Assembly (NCBI GenBank): GCA_965215015.1
Contig: OZ244042.1
Location: 1,472,001 to 1,536,000 of the forward strand
Direction: 5' to 3'
Length of the DNA: 64,000 nt
DNA from: Candidatus Poribacteria bacterium
Lineage (GTDB): Bacteria > Poribacteria > WGA-4E > PCPOR2b
Position 1 is the first letter of the stretch, and every line of letters starts with the position of its first letter. The notes beneath the pieces were generated by a model. The model did not search any database. It saw only the letters and a list, made by a program, of their open reading frames with translations, and had not been told where the DNA came from. Made by a program: the position numbers and the translations under genes. Positions 61,755 to 64,000 of this stretch are shown piece by piece.

Positions 61755-64000
61755 ATGAAAGGAAGGATGTGTATGGATTATCAGTCACAGAGATGTTCCC
61801 CGTTTCAAGGGGAAGAACTTTACAAAATCTATTTGTTCATTTGCTTAGTTGCATATTTGCTCATTTTACCCCCCTTCATGGTCGGTGCATCCCCAAACGC
61901 CAGTGAATATCAAGTGGAGGCATACCGGACTTTTAGCAGTATCGAAATTGACGGTGATTTCAATGAGCCCGACTGGGATGAAGCCAAATCTGTTAGTCAA
62001 TTTAGTCAGGTTGAACCGGATGCGGGTGAACCAATGACCCTACCGACCGAAGTCCGTATTCTCTACGATCAAGAGAATATCTACTTCGGCTTTACCTGTT
62101 TTGATTCAGATGTTTCCAAGCTAGTCGCCAACGACATGCGACGCGATGCGCGTGAGTTGCATGAAAACGACTATGTTTTTCTTATTCTTGACAGCTATAA
62201 CGATAAACGAAGCGGCGTTGCGTTCCGTGTTAATGCGTTGGGAGCGGTACAGGATACCGCAGTAACCAACAGCGGAGATAGCTTCAACCGAGATTGGGAC
62301 GCGGTGGTGGATTGTCAAAGCCAAATTCATTCTGATCGTTGGACCTCAGAAATTTCTATCCCCTTCGGTCAACTCCGTTTTAAGGAAAGCGATCAGATGA
62401 CGTGGGGACTGAATTTGTCGCGCGGCATCCGCCGAACCAATGAGGAAGGGACATGGGCACCGGTCCCCTCATCGTATGGTGGACGTGCGAAATACCGTAC
62501 CGCCTACATGGGTAGTCTGGTAGGATTAGAAGGGATTAAGCCGAAAAGACAAATTGAGTTTCTGCCTTACGTTTTACCCGGTTTGAGTCGAATCGAAGAG
62601 GATGATAAGACGGATGGAGAATTCGAGGTTGGATTAGACCTCAAGTACGGGTTGACTACGAATCTCATCGCTGATTTGACATTTAACACAGATTTTGCAC
62701 AGGTTGAAGCCGACGAGGAACAGGTTAACCTCACCCGCTTCAGTCTGTTCTTTCCCGAGAAGCGTCCTTTCTTCTTAGAGGGAGCAGGCCTTTTCGATTT
62801 TGGCGTTCCGCGTCCTAGCTTTCGGCGCCCACCGCCGCTGCTCCTTTTCTACAGCCGTCGTATCGGCATCGAAGAAGAACACCCCATTCCAATCATTGGG
62901 GGGGGCAAGATTACGGGAAAAATGGGACCCTATGGCGTCGGATTGCTCAACGTGTTCACCAACGAATTTCACACCGATGAATCAATCACCGACCCCGAGG
63001 ACATTGTCGATGTACCACATACCAACTACTCGGTGCTAAGGATGACGCGCGACCTGTTCAGCGGCTCTCGTGTCGGGCTAATTGCCATTAACAAGCAGGA
63101 TTCAGAGAACTACAATCGCGCCGGTGGGCTTGATTTCTCGTATCGTCCAGCCGACCAACTGGAAATTCGCGGACTGTGGGCACGGACAGCGGATTCAGAG
63201 GAGGATGGTGAACAAGCGGCTGCCTGGTATATCGGTTCAAATTGGCGCGATGACCACTTTGACCTGTCAGCTGGTTACACCGATATCGGTGATAACTTTA
63301 ACCCAGAAGTTGGGTATGTCCGACACCAAGGGAGCCGTCGATTCCATAGTGAAATGCAGTACACACCTCGACCGCGTAAATTGGGGATTCGCGAAATTCA
63401 GGTGGGACCAGAGGTCGATTATATTCTCACTCAGGAAAATGAATTGGAAACGCTTGATCTCGCACTCGGTAGTCGGATTGAACTCGACAACGGTGAGCGA
63501 ATTACGTTTCAAGTCAGACGTACAGCGGAGCATCTCGAAGAAGACTTCGATATATACGAGGACATTATTATTCCCGTTGACGAGTATGAATTTAATTGGT
63601 TTCGTGTTATGGTCGAAACCGATGAAAGCAAGATGTTCGCCGGACAGTTTGGGGTGAATGTTGGAGAGTTCTTCGATGGAACGAGACGGGGGTTCGAGAT
63701 TGATGCCAACTTCAAACCGAATGGACGGCTTGTGGTCGAAACGCAGTATCAATTTGACCGGGTCGAACTCCCATCGGAATCTTTCAATGCAAACGTGTTA
63801 GCAAGCCGGATTGTCTACTCCTTCTCTACCCGTCTCTTTGCAAAACTGTTCGCACAGTGGAACAGTGCAGACGCTGTAGTTTCAACCAACTTCCTGCTCA
63901 ACTATATCTATCGTCCAGGCAGCGACTTCTACTTTGTGTTTAACCAAGTTTATGACGAGGACAGCGGGACGATTGGGCTCTCGGAATCAACGCTTGTCGG
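61755..64000 (+). CDS. CBM9-like + DUF5916 domain protein (3' end off window)
   Basis: Read directly: IEIDGDFNEPDW, TEVRILYDQENIYFGF, NTDFAQVEADEEQVNLTRFSLFFPEKRPFFLEG; absent from ORF track, consistent with no stop in window. Confidence 0.85.
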   Translation, partial: MKGRMCMDYQSQRCSPFQGEELYKIYLFICLVAYLLILPPFMVGASPNASEYQVEAYRTFSSIEIDGDFNEPDWDEAKSVSQFSQVEPDAGEPMTLPTEVRILYDQENIYFGFTCFDSDVSKLVANDMRRDARELHENDYVFLILDSYNDKRSGVAFRVNALGAVQDTAVTNSGDSFNRDWDAVVDCQSQIHSDRWTSEISIPFGQLRFKESDQMTWGLNLSRGIRRTNEEGTWAPVPSSYGGRAKYRTAYMGSLVGLEGIKPKRQIEFLPYVLPGLSRIEEDDKTDGEFEVGLDLKYGLTTNLIADLTFNTDFAQVEADEEQVNLTRFSLFFPEKRPFFLEGAGLFDFGVPRPSFRRPPPLLLFYSRRIGIEEEHPIPIIGGGKITGKMGPYGVGLLNVFTNEFHTDESITDPEDIVDVPHTNYSVLRMTRDLFSGSRVGLIAINKQDSENYNRAGGLDFSYRPADQLEIRGLWARTADSEEDGEQAAAWYIGSNWRDDHFDLSAGYTDIGDNFNPEVGYVRHQGSRRFHSEMQYTPRPRKLGIREIQVGPEVDYILTQENELETLDLALGSRIELDNGERITFQVRRTAEHLEEDFDIYEDIIIPVDEYEFNWFRVMVETDESKMFAGQFGVNVGEFFDGTRRGFEIDANFKPNGRLVVETQYQFDRVELPSESFNANVLASRIVYSFSTRLFAKLFAQWNSADAVVSTNFLLNYIYRPGSDFYFVFNQVYDEDSGTIGLSESTLV

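Overview
Bacterial genomic window; the many PhyH dioxygenases, PEGA/caspase/FGE proteins, REP-like palindromes and Rpn genes are reminiscent of Candidatus Poribacteria (inference). (i) 1-9.7 kb: AT-rich, translationally coupled four-gene minus-strand operon ending in a giant SF2 helicase with a DUF1998-like tail. It resembles Druantia type I (druBCDE) without druA, and one subunit looks like a catalytically dead McrB-type AAA+. (ii) 9.8-20.3 kb: partly eroded catabolic cluster (Gfo/Idh/MocA, NIPSNAP, lactonase, GH-like propeller, four PhyH, aldo-keto reductase). (iii) 20.4-31.9 kb: exported-protein cluster with four LPP20-like proteins, two signal-peptide caspases with PEGA repeats (one with an FGE/C-lectin tip bearing a DGR-like variable region) and an Ig-repeat lipoprotein. 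(iv) 32.3-46.5 kb: ~3.2 kb direct repeat (DUF1611, Rpn plus a stand-alone RpnS-like ORF, YdjY part) bracketing a ~7.8 kb AT-rich defence island. The island holds PLD-HEAT, an amino-methyltransferase + inactive-looking LAGLIDADG protein + PD-(D/E)XK nuclease, a broken nuclease, ThsB-like TIR + unknown helical partner, MITEs and IS630. It also carries a chimeric scar made from genes at 10.3 and 20.2 kb. (v) 46.5-64 kb: core-like genes (lysA, sigma54-preceded clpB, MacAB-like exporter parts, TPR-TolB, IS200/605 relic, CBM9-DUF5916). Best novel-system candidates: the MTase-LAGLIDADG-nuclease operon, the TIR plus unknown partner, and the Druantia variant. No rRNA, tRNA or CRISPR seen. All family calls come from motif recognition by eye, not database searches.
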